This document shows positions 1 to 14,563 of a stretch of 64,000 nt of DNA, one piece after another (the stretch's first letter is position 1; every line of letters starts with the position of its first letter). The DNA lies in assembly GCA_951406725.2 (NCBI GenBank), contig OX597836.1, positions 7,874,001 through 7,938,000 of the forward strand. The letters are read 5' to 3'. Both the position numbers and the translations under genes were made by a program. The notes below the pieces were generated by a model, which saw only the letters and a list, made by a program, of their open reading frames with translations, was not told where the DNA came from and searched no databases. The DNA is from Octopus vulgaris. Lineage: Eukaryota.

Positions 1-859
1 TCTTGGTAAGGCTTTTTCTGGTTGGATGCCCTTCCTAGTGCCAACCACTTTACAGAGTGTCCTGGATGCTTTCTATGTGGCACCAACACTTTTATCTATT
101 TCTCTATCCCCAGTTTGCTTAACCCACCAGTGCTGTAGATCTGGGTGGGGTGCACCCAAGAAGGGAACCAAATACCAGAAGGTCTTTTCGTTTGATGTGC
201 CAATTCTGACATCCTCCACAGAACACACACACGTGGTTGTGTGGTTACGAAAGCTACTTCACAACCCTATGGTCTTGAGTTCAGTCTCACCATGTGGCAC
301 CTTGGGCAAGTGTCTTTTAGCCCCAGGCCATCTAATGCCTTGTGAGAGAATTCGATAGACAGGAACTTTACAAAGCTAGTTGTGCATCAAAGCTGGGTAG
401 ACAGAAACTATGCAGAAGCCCAGAGGATGTATCTGTTTGTGAGTGTATGTTTGTGTGTTCATTTGTTTTGTTTTTTTTTGTCTCTGTTAGCATGGGTTAG
501 ATGAATTCATATAAGAGATTTTGTTTCACATCAGACACCCTTCCTGTCTCTACTCCTTATCTCTTATTTCTTTTAAAGTAAGGGAGTTTTCATTCCACTT
601 CTCTTTGAAAGGACAGAGTTCCTGGGCTATTTGTTGACAAGGAAATGTCGAAAATGACCCATCTGTAACCCAACTTATCATAGAAAGGAAACATGCACAC
701 ACACACACACAGATGACAGACTTTGTTCAGACAATTTTTGTTATCAGATTCACTCACAAGGCGTCAGTCAGTTGAAGGTCTTAGTAGAAGATACTTATTC
801 AAGCTACCACAACAGTGGAACTGATATGGTTGTGAAGTAGACTTCCTGACCACCACACA

Positions 860-896
<37 letters not shown>

Positions 897-1689
897 TCCA
901 TGGAGGATGTCAGAAATGGTCCCATTATCATCATCATCATCATTGCAGTAATCTCCACATCTCCATGCTGGCATGGGTTGGATGGAGTTTATTAATACAA
1001 ATTCTTGACAGCCAGATGCCCTTCCAGTCGCCTACTCTCTCACCTGTTGCCAATTTAGGCACTCTTTGCCCCTGGCCGGACATGTTTTCACAGAATGTTG
1101 GAAATGAATGACATTGCATATATGACATTGATACATCAAGTGATGTGTCACCATCACATGATGTCAAGGCAACAAGACACACACACACACACGCATATTA
1201 CATATATATATATAAATAGTTACTAACAAGGAATTGTCAATCCAAGCAGAATACTTCACAAACTCTGTTAGTACAAATACACCAAGCTAACAAAATGTTT
1301 TCAGATTATGTCTTTTTTTCATAAATAAATATATATACATGTGTGTGTACATACATATATACACACACACATATATATGCCTTTTCTCATGTACACACAT
1401 TCACATACACTTATATATACACACATATATATGCCTTTTCTCAAATATATATTTAAGACAGGTGTCTTTCAGTTTCTGTCAACCAATAAACACCAAATCC
1501 ACTCACATGGCTTTGGTCATGCTGGAGCTTTTGTAGAAGGTACTTGACCAAGGTGCCATGCAGTGGAACTGAAACCATGTGGTTGGAGAACAAACTTGTT
1601 AATCACGCAGCCTCGCTGGCACTTGATACATCAAACTAAAATACTTTTTATGGTATTTAACTCCTTCTTTGGCTGACCTGGGACTGAAC

Positions 1690-1826
1690 CAGTGTTCTGC
1701 AACCTGAACTAAAACTATAACTAAAAGAATAGGGGAAAAAAAATTATACCCAGGTTACACTGCTGCACACCTATCATCGTCTTGTGTCACACCAGTGTGC
1801 CATGACATACCAGCTGAGGAGCACTG
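1690..1826. mobile_element. hAT-type MITE
   Basis: Imperfect TIRs CAGTGTTCTGCAAC / GCTGAGGAGCACTG, flanked by an 8-bp target-site duplication GACTGAAC (1682-1689) / GACTAAAC (1827-1834), 7 of 8 identical. 8-bp TSDs and CAGTG ends are typical of hAT elements. Confidence 0.6.
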
Positions 1827-3130
1827 GACTAAACAACAAAAATAACAAATAAGTTGGTTTTTTATTTCAAAATGTTGCTACCTTCTCCAAAAGGAGAATG
1901 ACATGTGACCTACCTGAATCAAAGAATTGTTTTGCCCCAAGTCAGTCCCAGTAAATCAAAGATGTTCCAGTCATGACAAACCTAACTTTTTTCTTCTTCT
2001 TATGTCCAGAATTATACTAGTGAAGGCATGTGGTCATGTGGTTAGGGTGTTGCACTCACGATTGCAAGATTGTGGTTTCAATTCTCGGATCGGCTGGTGT
2101 GTTGGGTTCTTGCGGAAAATACTTCATTTCATTCAGATGTGAGTGAGTAACTCTGAGATGGACTGGCATCCCATCCACGAGGAATGAAGTGATCTCAGTC
2201 ACTGGACTCAAAACAGTTCTTTTATATTTAATTAACTCTTTAGCATTTAAACCAGCCGCATCAGGCCAAAATATTCTGCCTGTTTTCAGTTGAAACTGGT
2301 TAAATGTGGCCTCTCACACCAACCCTGCAATGTCATACTAAAACTAAGCATTCACATCTATTGAAACCTGAAAGCTGTTAGATAGGGAATGATTACTCCA
2401 AGACTGTGTGAATAAATAAGCTTTACATTTGAGGGAGAGATCTGGTTGCTATTTCTAACAAGTCAAACAACCCTGTAGTTTATATCAGACCCCAATGCTA
2501 TGATGGCTTGAACAACCATTTAGGGGCGCCGTTGTTGGTTGGTCTGACCAAATGATAGAGGCACCCTTGTTTGTTGATGGCACAACAGATAAACTGTGGG
2601 TACGAAGCTCAGTGACAACAGAGATGTATCATGTTGCTGTGAGGAAACAATCAGCATTGTTTTCTCTCCCACTCTTTTAACATGAATTACATTGAGAGAG
2701 AGAGAGAGGGAAGGAGGATATCTTTACAAATAGTTTTCATTCTTCCTCCTCCACCTTTCTTTTAAGTGTTCCTGTTCATGGCTTGAAATATCTGACTGAA
2801 GTAGTAGCCTCCTTGAAAGTAAAATACCATTTCTGTCATCATCATCACCACCACCACCATCATCATTATCTCCAGCAACATCTTCATTGTTGAGCCAATG
2901 GGAGTGCACTTACATGGCAACCCAACCTATTAGAAATACCAGCTAAATCTCTTTTGACTCATACTCTGCCATCTTAAAAACAATAAGAGGAAGGACATAA
3001 TGGTCCTAAGATTACCTGTCTTAAAAGACCGGATTATCATCAATGGGAAGTCTTTGATCTTAAGTCTGACCTAGGGTTAAACAACAAGTTCTCATTTGAA
3101 GGTGACCCTAAGATATTACTAACCCTTTGT

Positions 3131-3170
3131 TTAAGACCCACCATGGAGTTCTGTTCCCACATCTGGGGTA
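3131..3170 (+). mobile_element. tiny relic of a CR1/Jockey-group LINE ORF2
   Basis: Translates LRPTMEFCSHIWG, resembling the VRPxLEY/FxSxVW motif also present in the 6.9-kb LINE. Confidence 0.35.
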
Positions 3171-4269
3171 GCATTAAGGTGCCTCACACAGATAGACATA
3201 GTTGACTCCTTCCACATCTGGGTCAGGACTTTTGCTACAGACACAGACATCCTGGTACAACTTATGCAGGTGTGAGATGGCATAGCAAAGGGTGTGACAA
3301 CCACTTTCCCATGCTTGCATGGGTCAGACGAAATTTGTTGAGGCAGATTTTCTATGGCTGGATGCCTTTCCTGTTACCAACGTTCACCTAGGACACAGCC
3401 TGTATGATGATGGCACTCACCTATCCCAACCACATGATATTAAGACAAAGAGGCACCAACTCTCTCTCTCTCCCTTTCATGCACACACACACCTGATGAG
3501 CTTCTTTCAATCAAATTTTACTGATAAGGGTTTGATTGGCCCAGGGCTGTTATCATCATCATCATCATTGTTTAATGTCTGCCTTCCATGCTGGCATGAG
3601 TTGGACGGTTTGACAGGAGCCTACACCAGATTTCTGTGTCTGTTTCAACAGGGTCTTTATGGCTGGATGCCCTTCCTAACACCAACCATCCAGCAGAGTG
3701 GATTGAGCGCTTTTTACGTGGCACCAGCACAAGTGAGGTCAGTTTTGGCAAGGTTTTAACAGCTGGATGCTCTTCCAAATACCAACAGGGCATCAGCACT
3801 GGTTGGGTCACCAAGTAACTTGCAACACAAAAATCCTTTTAGAGGGGAGCGAGCATTGGAGGAGGTGATCTTGTGTCAGATGATGAAAGGTTAGAGTGTG
3901 ACAGAGACACAGAAACAAGTGTCTTGCTGTAGAAGAGGCACAAGGTTACCTGATAAATATATATATATACATACACACAATGGGCTTCTTTCAGTTTCCA
4001 TTTACCATATCCACTCATAAGGTTTTGGCCAGCCCATGGCTATAGTAGAAGACACTTTCCCAAGGTGTTGCAAGATGGCTCTGAACCCAGAACCTAGTGG
4101 TTGGGAAGCAAGCTTTTTAACCACACAGCCATGTCCGGAAAATATATACTTAATTAAAATCACTTTTCAGAATAAAATCATTAACCCAAATTGTTCAGCT
4201 CAATTGTTTTCCCATCATTATAGAGGCCTTCTGAGTGGCTTTCTCTTGGCAACAGCAAGGGTCTACTTG

Positions 4270-4720
4270 ATGTTTGTGAACCAACAGCACGCATTGCCCA
4301 GTGAAACTTTTGCTTTTAGTGTTCTGCAATCACATTGTGCTCTCTGCTCTGTTCCCAAATTACTTCATTTCATTCTCTCTCCACAACATTTCTTCCACAG
4401 ACCTTTCCATGGTTCTTTGTGTCGTAACCAATTGAAGTCCACCCCTCTTTGTGGTAGTCCATGATTCACTTGCATAGTAGACCATGGGTAGTTCATACCA
4501 TTGAAGTGACTGTGTCACGTTGGATCTTGTCCAGCTTTCCTTTGAACACATCTTTCAGTGAAGTAAATGCCTTTCATCCTGCCCTTTTCTTCTCCCTGAG
4601 CTTTCAGTATCCATATTTCCAGATCAGATGACATTATTGGAGCAGGGAATGAAGCGTTTGAAACAGTGAAGAGCAGTGATTCATAAACTTCTTCTTTTCC
4701 ATTTTCTACCCTATATACTC
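4270..4720 (-). mobile_element. decayed RTE-clade LINE fragment (C-terminal to RT)
   Basis: Minus-strand frames give RAG*KAFTSLKDVFKGKLDK and LPMVYYASESWTTTK...VTTQRTMERS, resembling the RTE LPxxLYGSETW...QRxMERxML region. Stops and frameshifts present; boundaries approximate. Confidence 0.65.
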
Positions 4721-6346
4721 TTCTCAGTTTGTATTTAGATTTGTCCATATATATATATATATGTATGTATGGCATTAGGAAAGGCATCCAGCTGTAGAAA
4801 TACTGCCAGATGAGATTGGGACCTGATGCAGCCTGCTGGCTTCCCAGACCCTAGTCAAACCATCCAAGCATGGAAAACGGATGTTAAACGATGATTATGA
4901 TGATGGTGTATGTATATATATATATATAAGTATATATATGTTTGTATATTTATATGTGTGTATATATGTACATATATGTGTGTGTATATCCACACACACA
5001 CACAAATACTTATATATATTACATACACATGTATACATCCATGGACACACACACACGTAGTCATCAAAGAATCCATGAGTCAGAAAAAAACAAGCACTCA
5101 TATATTTGTCAATAGCGTAGGTATATAGATTATTTACAGCAGCAATAGCAATGCAGTACTATTGTCTCGTTTCAACTGATTTTACCTGTTGGTTTGATAC
5201 AATCAGGGTTTGGGGAAACTAATTTCAACTCTCATCAGAGAGGCTGGTAGGAATAGCATGGCACAGGCTCTGGGCTCTTTGCCACGGAGGTCAGAAAAAT
5301 GTCACATTTGGTTAGCAAGTGTTACAACAAAAAAAAAAAATGGAAGAGAAAAAAACTGCAGAACATCCAGAGGAGCTTTTGTCCATTAAGAGTTACTTCC
5401 CTTGGAGAGGTATTAGGCCTTGCCATCAAGGTGGATGCTTGTAGCAGGGATCAGGGTCAGTATTCGAAGGATGTACGTGTGTTTGTGTGTATTGTATATA
5501 TATATATATAAGGTGAAGGCATGTAGCTTAGTGGTGAGGGCATTTGGCTCATTGTCATAGAGTCGTGTGTTTGATTCCTAGTGGAGCATTGAGTCCTTGA
5601 GCAAGAGACTTTATTTCTCTCGCTCCAGCCCACTTAGCTGGCTAAAATGAGTGGTACCTTTATTTCAAAGGACCAGCCTTGACATGCTGGATCTTCCTGG
5701 AAACTATGTTAAGGGTATGCATGTCTGTGGAGCGCTCAGCCACTTGCACGTTAATTTCAGGAGCAAGCTGTTTCTCTGATCGGATCAACTGGAACCCTCG
5801 TCATCATAACCGACGGAGTGCAAGTTATGGCTTGCTAATAGGCTGGGTGGGACAAATCTAATGTCAGACTCTCAGAATGTGGTGGGATATTAACCTTTTG
5901 GCGTTCAGATTACTCTTTAATTGCAAACAGAAGTTGATCTGGTTAAGAAGTTTGCTTCTCAATCATCCGCTTCCAGGTTCAATCCCATTGTGGTGCACCA
6001 TAGGCAAGCATCTGGTACCACACCATGGTCAAGTTGTTATTGTTTAGCCCCGAGTTAGCTGTAATCCCTGATATTATGACAGGGAATAAAAATAAATGAT
6101 GGTCATCGTCTAAATCTCCATAATCCAGTGTGCATCTTCTCATCTACAGCACTAAGGTGTGAGTTAAGGGAGATTTTGACACTATTTCTAGCATATAGGA
6201 TGACGAAAAAAGGCTCCTTCATCTCATATAATGTCCAGCGCATCCTATACATGTTACTGAGTCCCTCTACATTTAGTCCCTCATACAATTTAACTCCCCA
6301 TAACCACCACCACTGCTCTTAAGTCTGATCATGAGGATAAGCCATC

Positions 6347-6610
6347 AGGTATGGCTCAGTGGTTCAAGCATTGGGCTCACAATAATGAGGTAGAGAGTTC
6401 GATTCCCAGACCAGGCTGTGTGTTGTGTTCTTGAGCAAGACACTTTATTTCACATTGCTCCTGTTCACTCATCTGTAGAAATGAGTTGTGACTTCACTGG
6501 TGCCAAGGTGTATCAGCCTCTGCCTTTTCCTTGGACAACCTTTCCTGGACTTGTTCCTTGGAAGGGAACTTTTTAGGTGCAATCCCATGATTATTCATGA
6601 CCGAAGGGGG
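6347..6610 (+). mobile_element. tRNA-derived SINE, family D
   Basis: A-box TGGCTCAGTGG and B-box GAGTTCGATTCCC, then TTGTGTTCTTGAGCAAGACACTTTATTTCAC. Homologous copies at about 2020, 5515, 28430, 28910, 37600 and 55801. Confidence 0.75.
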
Positions 6611-6900
6611 TTTTTACTCTCTAATAGTTTCTTCCTTCTTTGTTCATCCCCTTCCCAGAATTGAGGGACCTGCAGAAAGGTGAGGTGTTCTGCCCATCCT
6701 CCTCTAAGACACAGGTGTGTATATGGTCTAGATTCCTTCGTTTTCCATCTGGGGTATGTATCTCCTCTATAACAAGACACCTGCTTCTGTCCCTTTTTCC
6801 TACTTTTAACACAGAGCTGCCTCTCTCAAAGCAGCACCTTCATTGTTTAGGATCTTGTCTTGTGGGTACTTGGTGACCCCTCATTAGAGCTAGGGTCATG

Positions 6901-7768
6901 AGCTGTACCTTGAAATCAAGAGGACAGATCCTGATGTCTACAACTCTTTCCTGCAATCAGACCTAGACACAATGCAGCAATGGATCACAGACTGGCAACT
7001 GAAACTGGCTGTGGACAAGTGTACCACCATGCATTTTGGGAGAAAAAACCCTGCGTTCACATACTCCCTCCACAACACTGATATCAAGAAATCCTCTTGT
7101 GAGCGTGACCTAGGCATCACTGTCAGCAGTGATTTGCGTTGGTCAAAGCATATCTCTAAGATTGTCAGGAAGGCCGAGGGTGTCTTGGCATCACTCAGCA
7201 GGTCTTTTGTTAGCCGCTCTCCAGCCATCTATTTAAAACTGTATACAGCTATGGTACGACCACACTTGGAATTCGCATCATCAGTTTGGAACCCCTATCT
7301 TGCACAGAACATTGACCTCCTGGAATCTGTCCAGAGACGTGCAACCAAACGCATACCCTCCATCAGACACCTACCATATTCTGAGCGCCTTGTTTCCCTT
7401 GGCATGGATTCACTGAAGCTCCGGCGTTTGGCGACGGACTTGGTAAACACCCACAAAGTTATCAACCACCTCACCAACAACAACACTGAACACCTTTTTG
7501 ATCTCCATGTGTCTAACACACGTGGACATGCCTACAAAGTCAGAAAACAATACAGCTCCCATGACTTTCGGAAACATTTTTTCACGCTCAGAGTTGCTGA
7601 AGCATGGAATAAACTGCCTGCGTCAGTTGTTGACTGCCATGACACTGCATCTTTTAAGACCCTCATGCTTTCCGAAATCCGCCGAAACTACACCTGATTA
7701 TATATACACTTTAGATGAGTTGTAGTGCACCTGAGCACTGTACACAATTATTATTATTATTATTATTT
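6901..7768 (+). mobile_element. 5'-truncated CR1/L2-group LINE (ORF2 C-terminus, 3' UTR, ATT tail)
   Basis: Open frame to stop at 7697 with LQSDLD, WQLKLAVDKC, ERDLGITV, LYTAMVRPHLEFASSVWNPY, LESVQRRATK, NTRGH and RVAEAWNKLP motifs. 3' hairpin AGTGC-acctga-GCACT followed by (ATT)n. Confidence 0.92.
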
Positions 7769-8871
7769 TTAAAAGCACCTAGTCCACACTGTAAAGTGGT
7801 TGGCATTAGGAAGGGCAGTCGACTGTTTGAACCATGCCCAAACAGATATTGGCAGCCAAAGCAACATGGATTATGGGTGTTAGATGATGATGGTATATAT
7901 GCCACATGGTGCTGGTTCCACATAGAATGCACAGGTGTTGGTGCCACATTAAAAAGCACTTGTACTGGTGCCACATACAAAGCACCCAGCCATAGAAATC
8001 ATGGCAAAACAGAAAATGGGGCTTGGTGTGGCCCCTGTTCTTACCAGCTCCAGTCAATGCATCCAACCCATGCCAGCATGGAAAAGAGATGTTAACTGAT
8101 GATGATGATGATATTCGTTGATTCACCAAAAGCAAAGCAGGGTAGGTTGACCCCACTGATGATTGGAAATGAGTAACTCCGAGGACTGGAAATTGGAGAC
8201 TTTCAATTATAATGTGTGTGTGTGTGTATGAATGAATGAGTGGTGTGTGGTCTAGTGAATAGGTTATTGGTCACATCGTAATAAGATTGTCGGTTTAATT
8301 CTAGGGCTGGGTGACCTTGAGCAAAGCACTCCACTTTGCCTTGTTGCTAAGTATTTAGCTGTAAATGAGTATCAGCTGAGTGTAGTTCTCCCCCTCTCTC
8401 TCTTTTTCTGTCTCTCCAGATGCCCTTCGGGGTAACATGTAGGAGGGGCCAAGAGGGTGCAAATGGATCGTTCAGGACTGGATTGGCACCCAAAACATTT
8501 AGCAGAAGCATGATATATGCTAAATGTGTGTGTGTAAATGTGGAATCTGATATTTTGACATGACACAACAGGACTCTGGTTTCAACAACCACTGAGTCAA
8601 GGCTTCTCTGCCCACCACTTCCTACCCATACACCCTGCACACTCAACATCAATCACAGAGACCCTAACAGAAGGACAGGGGTTGGAGAGGGTCGGGATAA
8701 ATGGTGTTGTCCCCATTCCTCTCACTAGAACTGAAATAAATTTAGTTTGTTCATCACCAGAAGAAAGTATTATCAAACGCACAACTTGTCTAACTTTAAA
8801 AAAAAACCCCACCACCGCTCATTAACTCATGTTGCTGCCATTGCCTCTCTTTCCACGACAATTATGATTGC

Positions 8872-8911
<40 letters not shown>

Positions 8912-11760
8912 CACACATTTACACAGCTACTTTATATTTGTGCTTCAAAAATACTGGGTCAGTCATTTAGGATTGGTTTTTAAACTTCTGTTGAAAGGAT
9001 TGTGACTCTCTCTCTCTCTATATATATATATATACACATATATATATATGTGTGTGTGTGTATCAACAAAGTTGTTTTCATTCTTCAATGACATATGATT
9101 GTTTAGGAAATATTTTTGATAAGAACTTCATTTTTTTTTTCCTCTCTTTCTTTCACAAAACAATTTTGTTATGAAAATAATAAAGGCCCCCCCCCCATTT
9201 AGTTTGTTTGTTTTATCATTTACATTTGATTTGTTTCAGTTGTGAGACTTTGGCCATGCCAGAGCACTGCCTTGGAGAATTTTTAATCAAATAATTGCCC
9301 CATCCCTCCCGGTACTCATCTTTTTAAAGGCTGGTACTTACTCTATCAGTCTCTTCTGCTGAACGGCTAAGTTACGGGGACGTAAACACACCAACACCAG
9401 TTTGTCAAGTGGTGATGAGGGACAAACACACATACATATGATGGGCTTCATTCAGTTTCCATCTACCATATCCACTCTCAAGGTTTTGGTCTGCTTGAGG
9501 TGCCACGCCTGTTTTTTAGTTTTAATTTCTTTAGTCTTGGTTCCCAATGTTTGACTCGTTTATTACTGTAACTATTACAAAAATTGTTACCCAGGCATGG
9601 TTGTGTGGTTGAGAAGCTCTCTTTGCAACCACATGGTTTCAGGTTCAGTCCTACAACACAGCATCTAGGACAAATATCTCTTACTTATATAGCCCCAGGC
9701 CAACAAATGCCTTGTGGAGTTGTAAGTGAATTTGGTTGACAGAAACTCTATAGTAGATGTGTGTGCATGTGTTTTGTGTGTGTATAGGTTTTAAGCAACT
9801 GAATGGGAAAGATCTGCAAACAGATCTCTGACTTGTTTTGTTGAATTTGTTGCAATTGCTTCCTCCAGAGTCATATCCCAATGAGGATCATATTCGCTGC
9901 AAGAAAAATCATGTAAAACAAAAAAAAGATCGCTGAAAAGATAGGAATCCAAAATTTCAGGATTGCAGATCCGGATTCGGCCTGGAATGTTTTTAATTTA
10001 CTCACGGAGTCAGCCTGATTCAAAAATGGTATGATATGTTCGGCTACAGCCTCTAGGAGTAAAGTTGAAAAAGTGTGACACACTGACATTCACATTTATT
10101 AGATATGTTTAATTTTGGGGGAACTTTATTTCAACTAAAATGTATTTTATATATATGTGTGTGTGTGTGTGTGTGTATGTACTAAAGAAAGCAATAAATA
10201 AAACAAAAATGAGTGTTCAGTATGTTGGTGACAGGAATTTCTGTCAAAGAGACATGGTTAAACAAAGTTGTACATCATCTCCCTCCTTCTCTCTTTTATT
10301 ATTACTCTCACTGCCACCATCAATACTACAACTTTTAATAAAACATCAACTCTCCCTAAATTTCTTTCTCTCTCTCTGTCACCGCCTCTATGCCTACTAT
10401 TACTCTCACACCATCATGAGGAATAGTAGGAGTATCATTGAATAGTGAGTGAGGGGTTCTAAGTGTGACACACTGACACAGAAATTAGTTTGCACATTTA
10501 TTATCATCATCATCATCATTTAATGTCTGATCCATGCTAGCATGGGTGGGACAGTACCATAAAAGCTGGCCAGGCTGATGCCTGCACCAGACTTCTGTGA
10601 CTGTTTCAGCAGGACTTTTACAGCTGGATGCCCTTCCTCACATCAACCACCTCTTTGCTACTTCAGACTCCCCAACCATGTCATCCCTCCCTATTGCACC
10701 CTTTGACAACTGTATCGTCTTTACTACACCTGCCTCCCCCAGTTTGTGGATCCTTACTCATCCACCCTCTGAGCCTGCCCATTTTTTTCCCTAATCCTCT
10801 CATTGTTCTCATACAATCTTGCAAACCAATTCAACTCATCTTGTGCCTTGTGGGGGTCACCTAGGCATCTCATCACCGTCTTGCAGCCCCTATTCTTCAT
10901 TTTTCTCTTTCTCCCCTAATAGATGTTAGTAGTCATGAAGATCCTCCACATAAACCTGTCCTGTTGCCCCTTTATCTTATTATAGTTCAATCCCTTGCCC
11001 CTTTAGAATGAAATTGACTTTCTTCCCAGGGTTTGTATCTCTGTGTGTTGCCCAGTGACACTGAAAAAAGCACCTAGTCCATGCTGTAAAGTGGTTGACA
11101 TTAGGAATGACATGCAACCATAGAAACCATGCCAAAACTGACCCTGGAGCATGATGCAGTCCTTAGACCCCTTTGGATCTTGTCAAACTGGGTAACCCAT
11201 GCCAGCATGGAATGTGGATGTTAAGTGATGACACGTACATGATTGTATGTATGTGTGTGTGTCGGTGTCTGTCTCCACTGTTCGACAACCAGTGTTGGTT
11301 TGTTTATGTCACAGTAACTTCATAGTTTAGCAAAAATAAGTATTGGGGTCACTTTACTTGACTAAACTCTTCATGGTAGTGCTCCAGCATGGCTGTAATC
11401 CAATGACTGAGAGGTAAAAAACATAGTGTATCTTGGAGTATATAATTCAATGCATACCTTTCTATTTACAATGGTAAGGTGTGAATTGATGGAGAATTTG
11501 CTGCTATTTCTAGCATTTCAAGTGATGTTGCTGACATACAAGCTACCTCACGGTTGACAGAAGCTGTATGGGTCGGGGGAGGAGTGTGCAGCAGCATGAG
11601 TTAAGGAGTGGGGCTAAGTTGTGTGTTTAGTGCTGTCTTCTGACCCGAGCTCCATTTGTTGCTCATGTTGAGGTTATGTGAGAAGGAAGAAGCTTTGACT
11701 CATTGGTTTCTGAGTGGAGAAATAGTCATGTGTTAAGATATCAGACTTCAGGCAGACATT

Positions 11761-12950
11761 TATACTGGGTCTCCCCATAAATAATGCAGCTTTTTTTCAT
11801 ACTTCTATCATTTAAAAAATTAAGATGAAGTTCTTTTTAATCTAAAATATACTCTCCTTCATTTTCTACAATGCCCTTCCATCTGTCTGGTGGATTTGCA
11901 AGGCCCCTCTTCCAAAATTCACTTATCTGTGATGAAAAATATTCCTCCAGAACTGTTCTGATCTTGTCTAAAGAATTCATATTTTTTCTGTCTAAATGAT
12001 TCCAAACACTGCAGAATAAATGATAATCAGATGGGGCTATGTATGGTGAATATGGTGGGTGGGGCATCGTTTCCCATTGAAACTGCTCCAGCCTTTGGAA
12101 TGTCATCCTCACTATATGTGACCGAGCATTATCATGATGGAAGAACACCTTTCGTCTTGAAACCAAAGATGGTTGTTTTTCTTCTAGCACTCACAGTAGA
12201 TCTCCTTTGTTATCGTTTGGTTTGGGTTTAAAAGTTGAACTTTTAAACCTTTCACATCCCACCAAACAGATAACAATACCTTATGTGGATGAAGACCTTT
12301 AGCTTGGGGTGCCGGTGTTTCTCCTTTCCCTACCCACTGTCTTCGGCATTTCACATTTTTATAGAGAACCCATTTCTCATCACCAGTCACTATTTGGTCC
12401 AAAAAGGTTCATTTGTGAGATGTGACAGCAAAGAAGAGCACACAGTCACTCTCTGCATGCAATTAGACTTGGAAAGTTTGCAAGGAACCTATTGGCCGAA
12501 TTTGCTGACTTTTCTGATGGCACACAAGAGTTGATCAATGGTTAACTGACCAAATCCAAGCTTCTTTGCTAGTTCTTCAACAGTTACAATGGGATTTTGT
12601 CCCACCAGGGTTTGCAGGATATCCTTGTCGAGCTCTACATATCTTCCAAGACAAGGCTCGTCTTCTAGGCTGTAATTTCCAGCTTGGAATTTCTGGAACT
12701 ACCATTGATACTGGTTTACGTTTATTGTCCATATACTGCATTAATATTCCTTGCACTTTCCATTGTGTTGTTGCATTTATTGAACTCATAAAGCAAAATA
12801 TGCTCCTTTGCTACTTCCATTATAGCTATGAAAAAAATAACTATTAAAATCGAACTGCACTCTTCAAAACTTGTACCAAGAATAAGTACAAGGTAAAATT
12901 ACTACCTGCTTTTATAGCCAATTGATGCAGGTAGTTTATCCCATACTCTA
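11761..12950 (-). mobile_element. decayed mariner (DD34D) transposon
   Basis: ATG at 12820 (MEVAKEHILLYEFNK), WVP mutated to *VP, then IVTGDEKWV, HDNARSH and HPPYSPYIAPSDYHLF; stop at 11837. Several frameshifts and stops. Probable 3' TIR after TA at about 11763; no 5' TIR found. Confidence 0.9.
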
Positions 12951-13649
12951 CCTGAGAATGCCCCTGGTTTTGTGATACAAATTCTTTGTTTTAAATTAAA
13001 ATTTTCCACCAATAATTCTTGTTCATTTATGTCCCAAACACCAGCTTCATAATGACAAAGTTATTTTACCAAATTCTTCATTATTTTCAAAATAAGTCAA
13101 AACAACTTTTATTACCATATTTCAGTAGAAATATGGTAATAAAAGTCTTTAAATCCTGAACTGCTTCACCTTCACAGCCATTCCATCACCCAATTTATGG
13201 GAGTTGTACAACAGAGTATATTTAAGCTATCATCATCAATTTAACGTCTACTTTTTCCATGTTTGCATGGGTCAGACGGAATTAATTGAAGCAGTTCTTC
13301 TCTGGCCGGGAGGCCCTCCCTGTCACCAACCCTCACCTGTCTCCAAGTATGCTAATATTTCCCCATGGCCAAACACGTTTTTGCCAAATATTGGAAATGA
13401 ATGACAATGTCAACAATTTTACAACTATCATGCAATGTCAAATTAAGGAGACACAAACACACACATGTATGGTAGGCTTCTTTCAGTTTCCATCTACCAA
13501 ATTCGCTTACAAGTCATTCATTGGCCCAGGAACTATAAAAGACACTTGAATAAGGTGCTATGCAGAGGGACTGAACTGAAAACCCTGTGGTTGAAAAGCA
13601 AAGTTTGTAAGCACCCAACCCTGACTCTATGTCTGTTTGTCTTTTGCAG

Positions 13650-13790
13650 TTACCAGTGTCAAATTTGCCAATGATGATAAATCGAGGGTAGCATGTTCAT
13701 CCACAGACGGTACTCTATCCATCTGCCAACTCATACCACCTCCAGCAACAGTCATTTGCATGTTACGGGGTCACGGCAGTGGGATAACAG
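13650..13790 (+). CDS. WDR13: WD repeat-containing protein 13, internal exon (first visible in window)
   Basis: ttttgcag|...ACAG|gtaagt. Encodes VTSVKFANDDKSRVACSSTDGTLSICQLIPPPATVICMLRGHGSGIT, matching WDR13 (RFANDD...LRGH). Phase 1 to 1. Confidence 0.95.
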
Positions 13791-14563
13791 GTAAGTTTTT
13801 GTTTTATATTCATTATCTTTCGACCCTTCTCATACTAACCTTGCTTGGCTCTGTCATAGAAAATTTGTGCTTAAAAGTATTGTTAATTAATACCTGCCAC
13901 CAGGTAATTTATGTTCCAATCACCAGCTTAATAATGAAAAAGTAATTTTAATGAATTCTTCTGTATTTTCAAAACTTATTGAAAGAAATATGGAAGCAAA
14001 TGGGTTAAAATGATCAAAATAGTTTAGGCACACATCCAAAAATTTTATGGCACTGGTTGGGGGTAAACAATTAGATAGGTACTTTATTATATCAACACCA
14101 ATAAAATAAGGGATGAGAAGTAAAGTCTACCTTGGCAGAATTTGAACTTAGAACATGAAGACGGATGAAATGTTGTTGAACATTTTGCTCTGCATGCTGG
14201 ACTCTGCCAGATTGATGCCTTAGCAATAATAATAATAATCCGTTCTATTAAAGGCACAAAGCCTGAAATTTGTTGTAGAGGAGACTAGTCAGTTACATCA
14301 ACTCCAGTACGCAACTGGTACTTAATTTATCAACTCTGAACGGATTAAAGGCAAAGTTGACCTTGCTGGAATTTGAACTCAGAATGCAGATGATCAAAAT
14401 GCTGCTAAGCATTTTGCCTATCATGCTAACAATTCTGCCAGCTCACTGCCTTATAATAATAATAATAATATTAAAGAATTTGGATTTGTTTTTGTACAAG
14501 TAAAGGAATTTTCTTTCATGTTTCCATCATATTTTCTTTTTGTTTTATTCTCCCTACTTACAG

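Noticed and set aside
2610-2660. ATGTATCATGTT (MYHV), resembling the WDR13 GMYHVFDQH motif
   Set aside because: Flanking residues do not match and there are no suitable splice sites. No upstream WDR13 exon was found in 1-13649.
5205-5245. Minus-strand CTGATGAGAGTTGAAATTAGTT hammerhead-like string (similar strings near 17190, 42688 and 51570)
   Set aside because: No closing stem I and little or no stem II; not distinguishable from chance by eye.
6347-6420. tRNA-like A and B boxes here and in other SINE heads
   Set aside because: No full cloverleaf, and each continues into a multicopy SINE body, so none is called as a tRNA gene.
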